Positions 49,672-58,622 of a stretch of DNA of 60,073 nt are shown one piece after another. Source of the stretch: Candidatus Saccharimonadales bacterium. GTDB lineage: Bacteria > Patescibacteriota > Saccharimonadia > Saccharimonadales > JBBQAJ01. Each line of letters starts with the position of its first letter. Positions within the stretch are counted from its first letter, which is position 1. The translations under genes and the position numbers were made by a program. The notes beneath the pieces are model-generated. The model saw nothing but the letters and a program-made list of their open reading frames with translations, was not told the origin of the DNA and searched no databases. The stretch is taken from the NCBI GenBank assembly GCA_038206875.1, contig JBBRAK010000007.1:1-60073 (forward strand), given 5' to 3'.

Positions 49672-49807
49672 AGTCTTTCGACTCACTGCATTCGCTCAAG
49701 ACATTCGCCACGCTATGCCACTCATACTGAAAGCCATGAGCCCTATCTTCGATTTTGCTCAAGACTGAATGGCCATGGCCATGAGCGAGCATAGCGAGTC
49801 GAATGGC
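49672..49807. repeat. Cluster of nested REP-like imperfect palindromes upstream of the GIY-YIG gene
   Basis: GTCTTTCGACTCACTGCATTCGCTCAAGAC; TCTTCGATTTTGCTCAAGAC; GCCATGAGCGAGCATAGCGAGTCGAATGGC with a decayed inverted partner near 49702-49726. Confidence 0.7.
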
Positions 49808-50037
49808 TCCGTCTAGTTGAAACATTGCGAACTAGTAGTGAGCAGTATGATAATTACGAGTTTGATGACCTGGCTGCTACCGTTCGACTGTATGAACCAA
49901 GTCTAACATTTAGTTTTGATAACCTGTAGTTTCTCACTTGCAAGGCGGGGGTAGTCCCCTTTATTACTACCAAATGAGATACCACCGTATAAATACCGAA
50001 AATGTCGGGGTAAGATTTTCCAAGCGTTTTTTCTGGT

Positions 50038-50265
50038 CTAAATATCCTTGAACAAATCAGCGACATTTACCTTTAGACTATTTGCGATTTTATTCAAAGT
50101 ACCAAGTCTAGCCCAGCGTTTGCCCGTTTCGATATAAGCGATAGCTACGACGCTCATACCTATATTTTCAGCTAGCTCCTGTTGCGTAACGCCTCTGCTT
50201 TTGCGAACCTCGGCAACTCTTTTGCCGAACGCTTTCATCAATTTTTGCTCTGGTGCATTTGTCAT
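50038..50265 (-). CDS. Xre family HTH repressor
   Basis: FGKRVAEVRKSRGVTQQELAE...IAYIETGKR. Confidence 0.92.
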   Translation of the reverse strand: MTNAPEQKLMKAFGKRVAEVRKSRGVTQQELAENIGMSVVAIAYIETGKRWARLGTLNKIANSLKVNVADLFKDI

Positions 50266-50373
50266 ACACCTAGCGTAAAAATTATAAACAGATAGTTACA
50301 TAAACTAACTGTTTATTATTGTTGCTTAATGGTATATATTTGACAGAGACAAATTAAACAAGGAGTTTATGTA

Positions 50374-50934
50374 ATGAACTGGTTCAAAAAGCACAAAATA
50401 CTAACTGTAATCGGCATTATAGTTTTACTAGCTATCATCGGCGGTGCTGCTGGCGGCGGTAATAAGACGGCTACCAATAGCGGCGACACTAAAAAGACAG
50501 ATACTGCCAAGACCGAAAATAAGGCAGCAGTTACGGCCAAACTCAATGAGGTTGCTCGTGACGGAAAATTTGAGTTTACCGTTGCTAGCGTTGAGTGCGG
50601 CAAAACCTCTGCTGGCACAAATCAGTATTTGCAAAAGCAAGCACAAGGCCAATTCTGCTTTGTGAACGTAACAGTTAAGAACATTGCTAGTGAGGCACAA
50701 ACATTTGATAGCAGTAGCCAGTATTTATACGACGCTGCTAACGCTAAATATTCTGCTGACGGCACAGCCTCACTATATGCAAACCCAGAGGGTAGCACGT
50801 TCTTAAATCAAATCAATCCAGGTAACAGTGTAAGCGGTATCTTGGTATTTGACCTGCCTAAAGATAAAACACCAGTAACTGCTGAACTACACGACAGTGC
50901 CTTTTCAGGCGGCGTAAAAGTTAGCTTACAGTAA
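50374..50934 (+). CDS. DUF4352-domain membrane-anchored protein
   Basis: NWFKKHKILT plus TM; AQGQFCFVNVTVKN...INPGNSVSGILVFDLP...ELHDSAFSGG. Confidence 0.85.
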   Translation: MNWFKKHKILTVIGIIVLLAIIGGAAGGGNKTATNSGDTKKTDTAKTENKAAVTAKLNEVARDGKFEFTVASVECGKTSAGTNQYLQKQAQGQFCFVNVTVKNIASEAQTFDSSSQYLYDAANAKYSADGTASLYANPEGSTFLNQINPGNSVSGILVFDLPKDKTPVTAELHDSAFSGGVKVSLQ

Positions 50935-50951
50935 AGTAAACCGACACGCTA

Positions 50952-50978
50952 AAAAAGAGGCTGCATAAGCCTCTTTTT
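50952..50978 (+). terminator. Intrinsic terminator
   Basis: AAAAAGAGGCT-gcata-AGCCTCTTTTT. Confidence 0.85.
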
Positions 50979-51086
50979 GTATATACCGCACCTTACTAAC
51001 TCTGATTAACTTGCCATATTAGCATAAGCATAGTATGGCTGTATTTTGAACAGCTTTAACGGTATAATGTAGGCAGAAAGAAAGAT

Positions 51087-51686
51087 GTGATGACAATGTT
51101 TGATGAGTATTACAGAAAACTATATGGCACTGACCCGCCCTCTAAATTGCCCAAGCCGCCAGCTAACCTTTCCAGCTTTTTGCGGGCTTCACTACCAAAA
51201 CCACAGCCAAAGCCTGGCTTTATACGAGTAACAAAAGCACAGCCACCTAAATTGTATGTGCGTCTAGCAAAGCCTAAAGTATTCGTTAGCTTTGATTACG
51301 AAAATGACCGCCTATATAAACAGGCACTTGATATGTGGGACACCAACAAACGTTTTGAGTTTACATTTCAGAGCCATACGCCTAGCGAAATACAATCTGA
51401 CGATATAAGCCGTGTAAAGGCTGTTCTGACCGCTAAAGTTAAGGCTGCTACGTACGTTATAGTGCTAGTAGGTAAATATGCCAATCAGCCGCACCCAGAC
51501 CGTGCAAAAATCGGTTTCCGTAACTGGATTAACTTTGAGGTTTACCAGGCTAGGTATTACCGTAGAAAAATTGTGGTTGTAATGCTTAATCCGCACAACA
51601 CCCTGCCAGAGTGGTTGCACCAATCAGGGGCAAAACTCGTTAGTAGCTTTAATGAAAAAGACATAATTGAGGCACTGAAAAGCTAG
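51087..51686 (+). CDS. ThsB/MTH538 (DUF1863)-like TIR domain protein with Pro/Lys-rich N-terminal extension
   Basis: KVFVSFDYEND, YVIVLVG and WINFEV (catalytic Glu position). Confidence 0.85.
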   Translation: MMTMFDEYYRKLYGTDPPSKLPKPPANLSSFLRASLPKPQPKPGFIRVTKAQPPKLYVRLAKPKVFVSFDYENDRLYKQALDMWDTNKRFEFTFQSHTPSEIQSDDISRVKAVLTAKVKAATYVIVLVGKYANQPHPDRAKIGFRNWINFEVYQARYYRRKIVVVMLNPHNTLPEWLHQSGAKLVSSFNEKDIIEALKS

Positions 51687-51691
51687 GCGAT

Positions 51692-52345
51692 ATGGCTAAC
51701 ATAACCCCTGATACAAAGCTGACGGTTTTAAGTGAACATTACAATAACACCGTTGCTGACTTTAAAAAGCTCAACAAGGCTCGTGACACTAACTTTCTCT
51801 TTTTACTGATTTTGCTCGGCGTTATGGCGTTTCAGTATGTATCGCCAGGCCAATCGCAAAGCGTCTTGGTCCAAGTGGCACAAAAAAAGTTAGAAATAGA
51901 CGCTACTCTAAGTATCAATGTAATCAGCTCGCTTGTTTGGTTTGCCTTGCTTTATTTGGCCGTTCGCTACTTTCAAAATGTTATCAACATCGAAAAGCAG
52001 TATAACTACACGCACCAACTTGAGAGCGAGCTTGCCAGACACTATAATGGCAAGGCTTTCACTCGTGAGGGCAAGGCTTATTTAGACAATTACGCTATCT
52101 TTTCCGACTGGGTGCATATAGTTTATTGGTATATTTTCCCTGTGCTATTTACTGCTGCTATTACGGTTAAAATCGCTGGCGAGTGGACGGCTGCTAACCA
52201 GAACACGCTGCAAGTATGGCTGAATACTATAATTTTTGCGTCGCTGGTAATCTCAACCGCCCTCTATGTGTTCTCGCTTTACCGAACCCGAAAGAATACT
52301 GAAAAAGACATAAAGAAAAATAACCGAACAGCAAACAAAAAATAA
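51692..52345 (+). CDS. 4-TM membrane protein, candidate effector of the TIR protein
   Basis: About four hydrophobic helices with a soluble linker IEKQYNYTHQLE...FTREG; starts 5 nt after the TIR stop. Confidence 0.7.
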   Translation: MANITPDTKLTVLSEHYNNTVADFKKLNKARDTNFLFLLILLGVMAFQYVSPGQSQSVLVQVAQKKLEIDATLSINVISSLVWFALLYLAVRYFQNVINIEKQYNYTHQLESELARHYNGKAFTREGKAYLDNYAIFSDWVHIVYWYIFPVLFTAAITVKIAGEWTAANQNTLQVWLNTIIFASLVISTALYVFSLYRTRKNTEKDIKKNNRTANKK

Positions 52346-52377
52346 CAGAAATACGCTGTCAGAAATTGTCAGAAAAC

Positions 52378-52764
52378 CTAATTGTTTTCTAATACGTCTT
52401 TCAATTTTTGCAGAGGCTCTTGTGTAAAAGGCTCGTCAAGGTCGCCACTATCAGTCCACTCATAATACTCTAGTTCGCACTGGTTATCATCAATGGGCGT
52501 TAGCGTATATCTGACGTGATAACTGCCGTCCTTTCGGCTCAAAACAAACATAATACCAGGCTCGTAAGCAGTTATTTCATACTCGTTCCAGTTACCCTCT
52601 CGGTCTTGGTTTTTGTAAATCGTGCCTAGTTTAGTAGGTGTTTCGTTGGTTTGCTCTTTAACAATGCCGCCAATCCACTTTGGCGTATTTTTGGGATTAA
52701 GGGTAAAGTCAAAAACCTCTTGTGCTGGTCTGTAAATGGCAATGTTTAGTCTTACGTCTCTCAT
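52378..52764 (-). CDS. SRPBCC/polyketide cyclase family protein
   Basis: IAIYRPAQEVFDFTLNPKNTPKW...LQKLKDVLE. Confidence 0.82.
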   Translation of the reverse strand: MRDVRLNIAIYRPAQEVFDFTLNPKNTPKWIGGIVKEQTNETPTKLGTIYKNQDREGNWNEYEITAYEPGIMFVLSRKDGSYHVRYTLTPIDDNQCELEYYEWTDSGDLDEPFTQEPLQKLKDVLENN

Positions 52765-52768
52765 AGTG

Positions 52769-53431
52769 TTAGCGTGTCTCGACAATCTCTACTCGTGCTG
52801 GCTGCCGCATTATCTTTGCGAACCTGTATTTATAATCATCTTGTCGCAGCTTTATAACCTCGTTGGCTACCCAAGCAGGGTCAAGCATTTTATCTAAATC
52901 GTCTCGCTCTATACCGTCCCAAAATGCCGTGTTCATACCCGCTGGACCAGCTACTAACACTTTGCCAACCCTGCCGTCCTCTGCCACTGAATTGCTAAAG
53001 TGAGCAGCACCAGCCTTTGCAAAGTTATAGATAGGCTCTAGCTTGCGTGGTGTCCATTGAGAGGTAGAGGTAATGGTAACAAGCTCGTCTAATGAGCCTT
53101 GTTTATCTAGCAAAGCCTTAACAAAGTAGATTAGCCCACGTCCGCCAACGTCAATCATTTCCTCTATTTGCTGCTCGCTCAAATCAGTAACTCGGCCCTC
53201 TTGAAAGTAGCCAGCAGCGTATACCAATGTGCTTATTTCTGGCAGCCGCATTACAAGCTCGCCAACCCTTTGAGGCAAGTCAGGTGCTGCTAAATCAAAT
53301 TTTTCATAGTTCAAGCCTGGCTCGTCAAGTTCACGCCGACCAGTAACGTATACCTCGCCACCAGCAGAGTGTAATTCTTTTGCTATCTCTAGTCCCAACC
53401 CTGATGTGCCACCAACAACTAATGCAGACAT
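52769..53431 (-). CDS. Short-chain dehydrogenase/reductase
   Basis: VVGGTSGLG, YAAG and YNFAK (YxxxK) motifs. Confidence 0.9.
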   Translation of the reverse strand: MSALVVGGTSGLGLEIAKELHSAGGEVYVTGRRELDEPGLNYEKFDLAAPDLPQRVGELVMRLPEISTLVYAAGYFQEGRVTDLSEQQIEEMIDVGGRGLIYFVKALLDKQGSLDELVTITSTSQWTPRKLEPIYNFAKAGAAHFSNSVAEDGRVGKVLVAGPAGMNTAFWDGIERDDLDKMLDPAWVANEVIKLRQDDYKYRFAKIMRQPARVEIVETR

Positions 53432-53445
53432 TTTTTAACCTTTCC

Positions 53446-53628
53446 TTAATTCTTTTCCAAATACTTTAATAAATTAGCTCGCTTATAGCGTCGTAAACCA
53501 CGCTGACCAATACGAATAGCTTTAAGTGTGCCTGACTTGTCCCAATTACGCAGCGTGTTCGGGTGCACTTGCAGCAGCTCGCAAGCCTGTTTTAGTGTTA
53601 GCAATTCTGGTAAATCTTTTTGTGACAT
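53446..53628 (-). CDS. MerR/excisionase-like HTH DNA-binding protein
   Basis: LLTLKQACELLQVHPNTLRNWD...GLRRY. Confidence 0.88.
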   Translation of the reverse strand: MSQKDLPELLTLKQACELLQVHPNTLRNWDKSGTLKAIRIGQRGLRRYKRANLLKYLEKN

Positions 53629-53703
53629 ATAACCTCATACTTGATACCATTATCATACAAGAGTGTGAGTAGCTGCGATAGTGCAGTTTTTGAGAAAAAT
53701 GTG

Positions 53704-54939
53704 ATGAAAAAAGACGATAAACAACCAGACAAGCCCAAGAAAAAGCCGCTAAAAAAAGCGGCTGATAAGTCGTTGGCAAACAAAAAGTCTAAACAGCAAG
53801 ACAATAAGCCGACTGAAATTACCCTGCCAGCTAAGTCTAAGCCCAACAATCCGACCCCTGCTCACATTTTTAAAGAAAGACGGTTTAACCTTGACGCTAA
53901 GAAATACAGAGATAGTCTTTCGGTTGAGCAGTGGCAAGAACTAGCCAAAAAAGACCCTAACCTGCTTACGCCAAATCAGACAAAACAGCTAGCAGAGGCA
54001 AACAAGCAAGCCGCCGAAATAGCCAAGCGTTTAACAGAGATGTATGACTTTAAGGGCATAGCGGCTATGTTCAAGACCGTAGATACAATACCGATTACCC
54101 GTGTTATGCAGCAAGCACAAGAAACGGCCCTGGTCATAAGCAAGTTCCAAACTAATCTCATACTGCCAACCATACCGACACAACAGCTTGTAGCTTTTCA
54201 GCAAAACCTAGCAATAACCACTGGTATTATCAACCAGTCGTTTGTGTCGGCAATTAACGCCTCTAACATTTTGCACAACTTTTTCGCAGATTGGCAGATA
54301 ATACACGAGCGGCTAATAAAGGCATTGAGCATTGATATTGGTTCACTAGCTAATAGCCTATCAAGAATAACGCCAACGCAGTTTATTGATGTTGATGTGA
54401 TAGACGTTATTGACCGTGACGGCAATGTAGCCATTATTACTGACACGAGCCAAACCCAGCGTATTAACGATGACTTTATTTATGTAAGCTCGGCCAAAGT
54501 GGACCTGCTATTCACTGAAATACAGGCTAACCGAAAAGAAATTAGCGAGCTAAAGCAGCTTATTACAGGACAACTACCGAGCGGTCTGTCTAAGATTGCT
54601 TATGCTGACGTAAGGTTTATTTTCGAACGTTCAAAAATGATTATTAAAGGCATTGAGGTTGCTGTTTCTCGCACCTCACAGCAAGCTCGGTTTTGTGGCT
54701 TTTTCTTTAGCTCAAGGGACAACTTTATAAAGAAATGGGACATTGTTGAGTTTATGTCTATCGCTTTCGACGAACATAAAGGCATAGATGATGAGGCTGC
54801 TTTTGTAAGTAGAATTAAGGGCATAGTAAACGCTCTAAACGATAAGATAGCGATTGCGAGCAAAGGGCAGATAACACAATTCTTTGTGCTGCTTAGTTAC
54901 GAGGTTTATATCAACCCCGAACATATTTCTAATCTGTAA
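53704..54939 (+). CDS. Hypothetical protein, possibly with a C-terminal winged helix
   Basis: Long ORF; Lys-rich N-terminus, coiled coil, C-terminal ...VNALNDKI...YINP. Confidence 0.65.
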   Translation: MKKDDKQPDKPKKKPLKKAADKSLANKKSKQQDNKPTEITLPAKSKPNNPTPAHIFKERRFNLDAKKYRDSLSVEQWQELAKKDPNLLTPNQTKQLAEANKQAAEIAKRLTEMYDFKGIAAMFKTVDTIPITRVMQQAQETALVISKFQTNLILPTIPTQQLVAFQQNLAITTGIINQSFVSAINASNILHNFFADWQIIHERLIKALSIDIGSLANSLSRITPTQFIDVDVIDVIDRDGNVAIITDTSQTQRINDDFIYVSSAKVDLLFTEIQANRKEISELKQLITGQLPSGLSKIAYADVRFIFERSKMIIKGIEVAVSRTSQQARFCGFFFSSRDNFIKKWDIVEFMSIAFDEHKGIDDEAAFVSRIKGIVNALNDKIAIASKGQITQFFVLLSYEVYINPEHISNL

Positions 54940-54990
54940 AGACATAGTTATCCACCAGTTTAAACTCTGCTAAACAACACGGTCGTCTTA

Positions 54991-55191
54991 ATGGTTACTA
55001 TGCAGCAGCAAAGTAGCCAACAGCCTAAAATCGTCACTCTACAAGACTTTCTTGCCGAGTTAGGTCGAGACGATGTAGCAACCGCCAACTTGGTCGGTTA
55101 CTTTGACGTGCTGATAGAAATGGACCTGGAACTTAAAGAACAAGAAAGGATTGATGAAAATGAGCGACGAAAGCAAACTAGCGATAGCTGA
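54991..55191 (+). CDS. Hypothetical small protein
   Basis: First of the overlapping ORF chain leading to Rep (NLVGYFDVLIEMD). Confidence 0.55.
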   Translation: MVTMQQQSSQQPKIVTLQDFLAELGRDDVATANLVGYFDVLIEMDLELKEQERIDENERRKQTSDS

Positions 55192-55462
55192 TACGGTTAT
55201 AGGTTGGTGCAATAAGTGCCGACTACACGCCGCAATGCTAATAATTTGGAACGCTGAATTAAACGAGATTGAGCAGATTGTGAAAGAGGCAGAGGGTTAC
55301 TTGCCAGCGATTATCGGTAGCCAAGCAGCCTCTAACCATATAAGGTCGCTTATCTGTGACCTAGACCATAAGCAAATGAGGGCAATACGGGCTTATACTA
55401 GCCTACTACTTGAGGGACCGTGTAAAACGCCAGAGTGCCAAGAGGATTGCAATGTTAGTTAG
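55160..55462 (+). CDS. Hypothetical Cys-containing protein
   Basis: SD AAGGA upstream; overlaps both neighbours; CNKC and CKTPEC. Confidence 0.5.
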   Translation: MSDESKLAIADTVIGWCNKCRLHAAMLIIWNAELNEIEQIVKEAEGYLPAIIGSQAASNHIRSLICDLDHKQMRAIRAYTSLLLEGPCKTPECQEDCNVS

Positions 55463-55796
55463 CGAGGTAAACATAGTGCCAGTAAAGCCAAATAACGGCT
55501 TGGTAGCGTTTGCTAGTGTTGTCCTAGATGAAAGCCTGTACCTCGGCTCTATTGGCGTTCACAGCCGCTTAGACGGCTCATATAGGATTACTTACCCTAC
55601 TAAAAAGCTGGGTAGTAAAGAATTGAACCTTTACCACCCGATTAACAGGGATTTTGGCAAGCAGATTGAACAGGCGGTTGTTGCCAAGTGCGAGCAACTT
55701 TTTAAAGGACGTGATGACAATGATAGACACAATAAAGCTAGTGATAAAAATGGACAAACCCCTACACTCACGAGCCAACTTTCAGCCAACGCTTGA
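55452..55796 (+). CDS. SpoVG family nucleic-acid-binding protein
   Basis: VSEVNIVPV...LVAFASVVLD...IGVH...ITYP...HPINRDF..IEQAV. Confidence 0.8.
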   Translation: MLVSEVNIVPVKPNNGLVAFASVVLDESLYLGSIGVHSRLDGSYRITYPTKKLGSKELNLYHPINRDFGKQIEQAVVAKCEQLFKGRDDNDRHNKASDKNGQTPTLTSQLSANA

Positions 55797-56841
55797 TAGC
55801 ATAAACCCTGACTACTTTGGCTATTTCAAAGCAATGGCTAATCCGTCAGCAGCTATCAAAAAGCTCGGCAAGTATCAGCCACGCCTAACCTACACTCAGC
55901 GACCCAGAGGCTATAAACGGGCTGCTTATGAGCTTGCGATTGAGCTGTCGCTACCAAAGATTGCGTTTGGTAATAACTTTGATGAGCTAACCGACGCTGA
56001 TTACAACATTGTTGTTCAACAGCTACAAGATACACTGCGAGAGATGGGTGTTTGGCTGTTCACAAAGCAGATTGAAAATGCAGAGATACGAGCTTTACAT
56101 TACAGCAAGAACTTTGTGTTTAAAGACTACACCTCGTGTTCGACTGTGCTGCAAATGCTACGCACTGCCGATATTAGCAAGCGTTACGACGTGCAAGACA
56201 CCAACTTTCGCAATGGCGGCTATGTTCTACACGTCCACACAAACTCGCTCGACATTGCGATTTACGATAAGCTGGCAGATTTGCGGCAAGCCAAGACTAG
56301 CGAAAAACGTTCGCAAGAAAAAGACAACTTTGTGCAACTTGACCTGCTCGACCAATTAGCTCGGCAACAGCCCGTTGCGGTTATGCGGTATGAGGTTAGG
56401 TTAAATGGCAAAAGAAAGATTAAGGACGCTTTAGCAGTCATCGGCTTTGATAAGCCACTAACCTTTAGTAATGTTTTCTCTGCCGAACTTTCCAAAACCT
56501 TGCTGCAAGACCATTGGCAGAACTTTTTTAGCTCCCTGCCAAAGCTGGCATTAGACACTGATGAGCCTGACAAGCTCCTGGCAAACATTTTGCAGTCAGC
56601 AGACGTTAAAGGTCCATCGCAAGCTGCCGCTAGGCTTGGTATGACGCTACTACTTACAAAGAGCGAGCAACGGCACGTTAGGGCAATGTTTGAGGACCGC
56701 TTTGGCAAACACGCTTGGTCACGGCTCAAGCCGCTCACTAAGCCACCGCACAAGGTCCAATACAAAACCATACTAGGCATTAACCAAATGCTTGAGCAGT
56801 TTGAACCAACCAAAATGGACCAGATTAAAGGTCATCTATAA
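55720..56841 (+). CDS. Phage/plasmid replication initiator (gene II/X, Rep_trans-like rolling-circle type)
   Basis: MIDT start, IELSLPKIAFGNN, IAIYDK and MRYEVRL motifs. Confidence 0.7.
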   Translation: MIDTIKLVIKMDKPLHSRANFQPTLDSINPDYFGYFKAMANPSAAIKKLGKYQPRLTYTQRPRGYKRAAYELAIELSLPKIAFGNNFDELTDADYNIVVQQLQDTLREMGVWLFTKQIENAEIRALHYSKNFVFKDYTSCSTVLQMLRTADISKRYDVQDTNFRNGGYVLHVHTNSLDIAIYDKLADLRQAKTSEKRSQEKDNFVQLDLLDQLARQQPVAVMRYEVRLNGKRKIKDALAVIGFDKPLTFSNVFSAELSKTLLQDHWQNFFSSLPKLALDTDEPDKLLANILQSADVKGPSQAAARLGMTLLLTKSEQRHVRAMFEDRFGKHAWSRLKPLTKPPHKVQYKTILGINQMLEQFEPTKMDQIKGHL

Positions 56842-56892
56842 TTGTTACTTATTGTTATATAATGGTATATACTACCAGAGAAAGGAATTACT

Positions 56893-58413
56893 ATGAAAAC
56901 TAAGGCATTTTTGATAGCAAGGGTCTCTGACCCAGAGCAAAGACAAGCGTTACCTGCACAGGTTTTACGCCTCGAAAAATACGGTAAAGATAAAGATTAC
57001 GACTACGAGCTGTTTGAGTTTGACGAAAGTGCATACAAGGACAACCGTAAGACGTTTGGCAACATTGTAAAAAGTATCCAAGCCTACCCTAATGAGTGCA
57101 TAGTCGTTTTTGATAAAATTGACCGCTATACACGAGACAGTTCAGCCGATGAGGTAAAAATACTCAACAAGCTGCGAGAGGACGGCAAAATTGAGATACA
57201 CTTTCCGTCAGACAATTTATGCGTCACAAAAAACTCTGGTGCTCCTGACCTGTTTCGCTTGGGCATTGGCGTTGCTCTAGCTCGTTACTACTCTGACAGT
57301 ATCAGAGATAATGTTAAGCGACGGTTTGAGCAAAAGCTCAATGATGGCGAGTGGCCTGGTAAAGCACCGATTGGCTATGTAAACCACAGGATTAGCGACA
57401 AAGAAACAACTGTGCTGATAGACCAAGAGCGAGCTGGCTACATTAAAAAAGCCTTTCAGCTACGGCTTGTAGGCACTCCGTTTAGAGGCATAGCCGCTCA
57501 ACTTAAAGCAGATGGCTTGCGTAACAATACTGCTAAACGCACAGCGATTGGTCAGAGTTACGTTGAGCAGATACTTAAAAACCCGTTTTACTACGGCGTT
57601 ATGCGTTATAGTGGCAAGCTATATCCGCACAAGTATGAGCCGATTATAAGCCGTAAGATGTTTGATAAGGTTCAAGCTGTTAATGAGCAGCGTGGCACGA
57701 ACAGGACCAAGAAACAGGCTATTGATTACACGTTCAACGGATTGCTCAAATGCGGTAGCTGCGGTTGTAGCGTGTCGTCTTACACCGCTAAGGGTAACGT
57801 GTATATGCAGTGCAGCAAGGGCAAAGGTCCCTGCAAACAGGTCCATATCAAAGAAAAGGACCTTGTGCCGCAAGTTGCTCAAATGGTCGGCAAGCTAGAA
57901 ATGAACGAGGATATTGTTAAATACGTTATTGATGAGTTGCGTAAGCACCACGACAACCAGCAGCTTTACTATGCCAATGCCATTGAGCAGACCCGTGCCG
58001 AATACGATACAATTCAGAAAAAGCTCGGCATTTTGTATGAGGATAGGCTCGATGGGCGTATTACTCTCAATGACTATGACGAATACGTTAAGGACCTAAA
58101 GGCTCGACAAGAGCAATTAGACGACCAGCTTGTTAATTTGACCCATAATGATAAAAGTTTTCTTTTAACCAGTTCATATCTGTTAGAGATAGCTACAAAA
58201 GCCCCTAAACTATTCCAAAGTTCGAAAGCGGCTCTAAAATCCAAGTTATTACGCTTTCTACTTTCGAACCTCGTAATTCAGGACAAAAAGCTCGTTTTCA
58301 ATCTCAAAGCACCCTTTGATGTAATCGCAGAGTGCTCTCAAAATCAATCTTGGCTCACCACAATAGAGGACGTTATAACCGCAATTAAGCATGATTTTGC
58401 ATACGTAAGTTAG
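56893..58413 (+). CDS. Large serine recombinase (resolvase + recombinase + Zn ribbon + coiled coil)
   Basis: ARVSD (catalytic Ser), DKIDRYTR, APIGY, ILKNPFYYG, YEPIIS and CGSCG...C...C. Confidence 0.95.
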   Translation: MKTKAFLIARVSDPEQRQALPAQVLRLEKYGKDKDYDYELFEFDESAYKDNRKTFGNIVKSIQAYPNECIVVFDKIDRYTRDSSADEVKILNKLREDGKIEIHFPSDNLCVTKNSGAPDLFRLGIGVALARYYSDSIRDNVKRRFEQKLNDGEWPGKAPIGYVNHRISDKETTVLIDQERAGYIKKAFQLRLVGTPFRGIAAQLKADGLRNNTAKRTAIGQSYVEQILKNPFYYGVMRYSGKLYPHKYEPIISRKMFDKVQAVNEQRGTNRTKKQAIDYTFNGLLKCGSCGCSVSSYTAKGNVYMQCSKGKGPCKQVHIKEKDLVPQVAQMVGKLEMNEDIVKYVIDELRKHHDNQQLYYANAIEQTRAEYDTIQKKLGILYEDRLDGRITLNDYDEYVKDLKARQEQLDDQLVNLTHNDKSFLLTSSYLLEIATKAPKLFQSSKAALKSKLLRFLLSNLVIQDKKLVFNLKAPFDVIAECSQNQSWLTTIEDVITAIKHDFAYVS

Positions 58414-58424
58414 TGGTTACCACT

Positions 58425-58622
58425 TTAGTCAAGGCTTGGCTCTAAATTAAGGGGCAGAACAAGCGAGTCATAATCAACCTCTGCGTCACGCTTATATAAA
58501 GGTGTGGCGTCAAGTATGTCTTGAGGTATAACTACTTGTTTTGCCTGTCGGGACAATAAACTAGGCGATACTAAATCTATGTAATCGCGACAGTATTTAG
58601 CAAGTTGTTTTAGATTTGCCAT
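58425..58622 (-). CDS. Hypothetical protein, possibly a truncated N-terminal fragment
   Basis: 65-aa ORF with TATAAT upstream, ending next to the recombinase stop. Confidence 0.4.
   Translation of the reverse strand: MANLKQLAKYCRDYIDLVSPSLLSRQAKQVVIPQDILDATPLYKRDAEVDYDSLVLPLNLEPSLD

Larger units (their letters stand above)
49804..58356. mobile_element. Integrative element (about 8.55 kb): Xre, DUF4352, TIR+TM, SDR/SRPBCC, excisionase-like HTH, SpoVG, rolling-circle Rep, large serine recombinase
   Basis: Gene content; direct TGGCTC at 49804 and 58351, the latter in recombinase codons 487-488; GATC-free composition. Exact ends are inferred. Confidence 0.72.
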
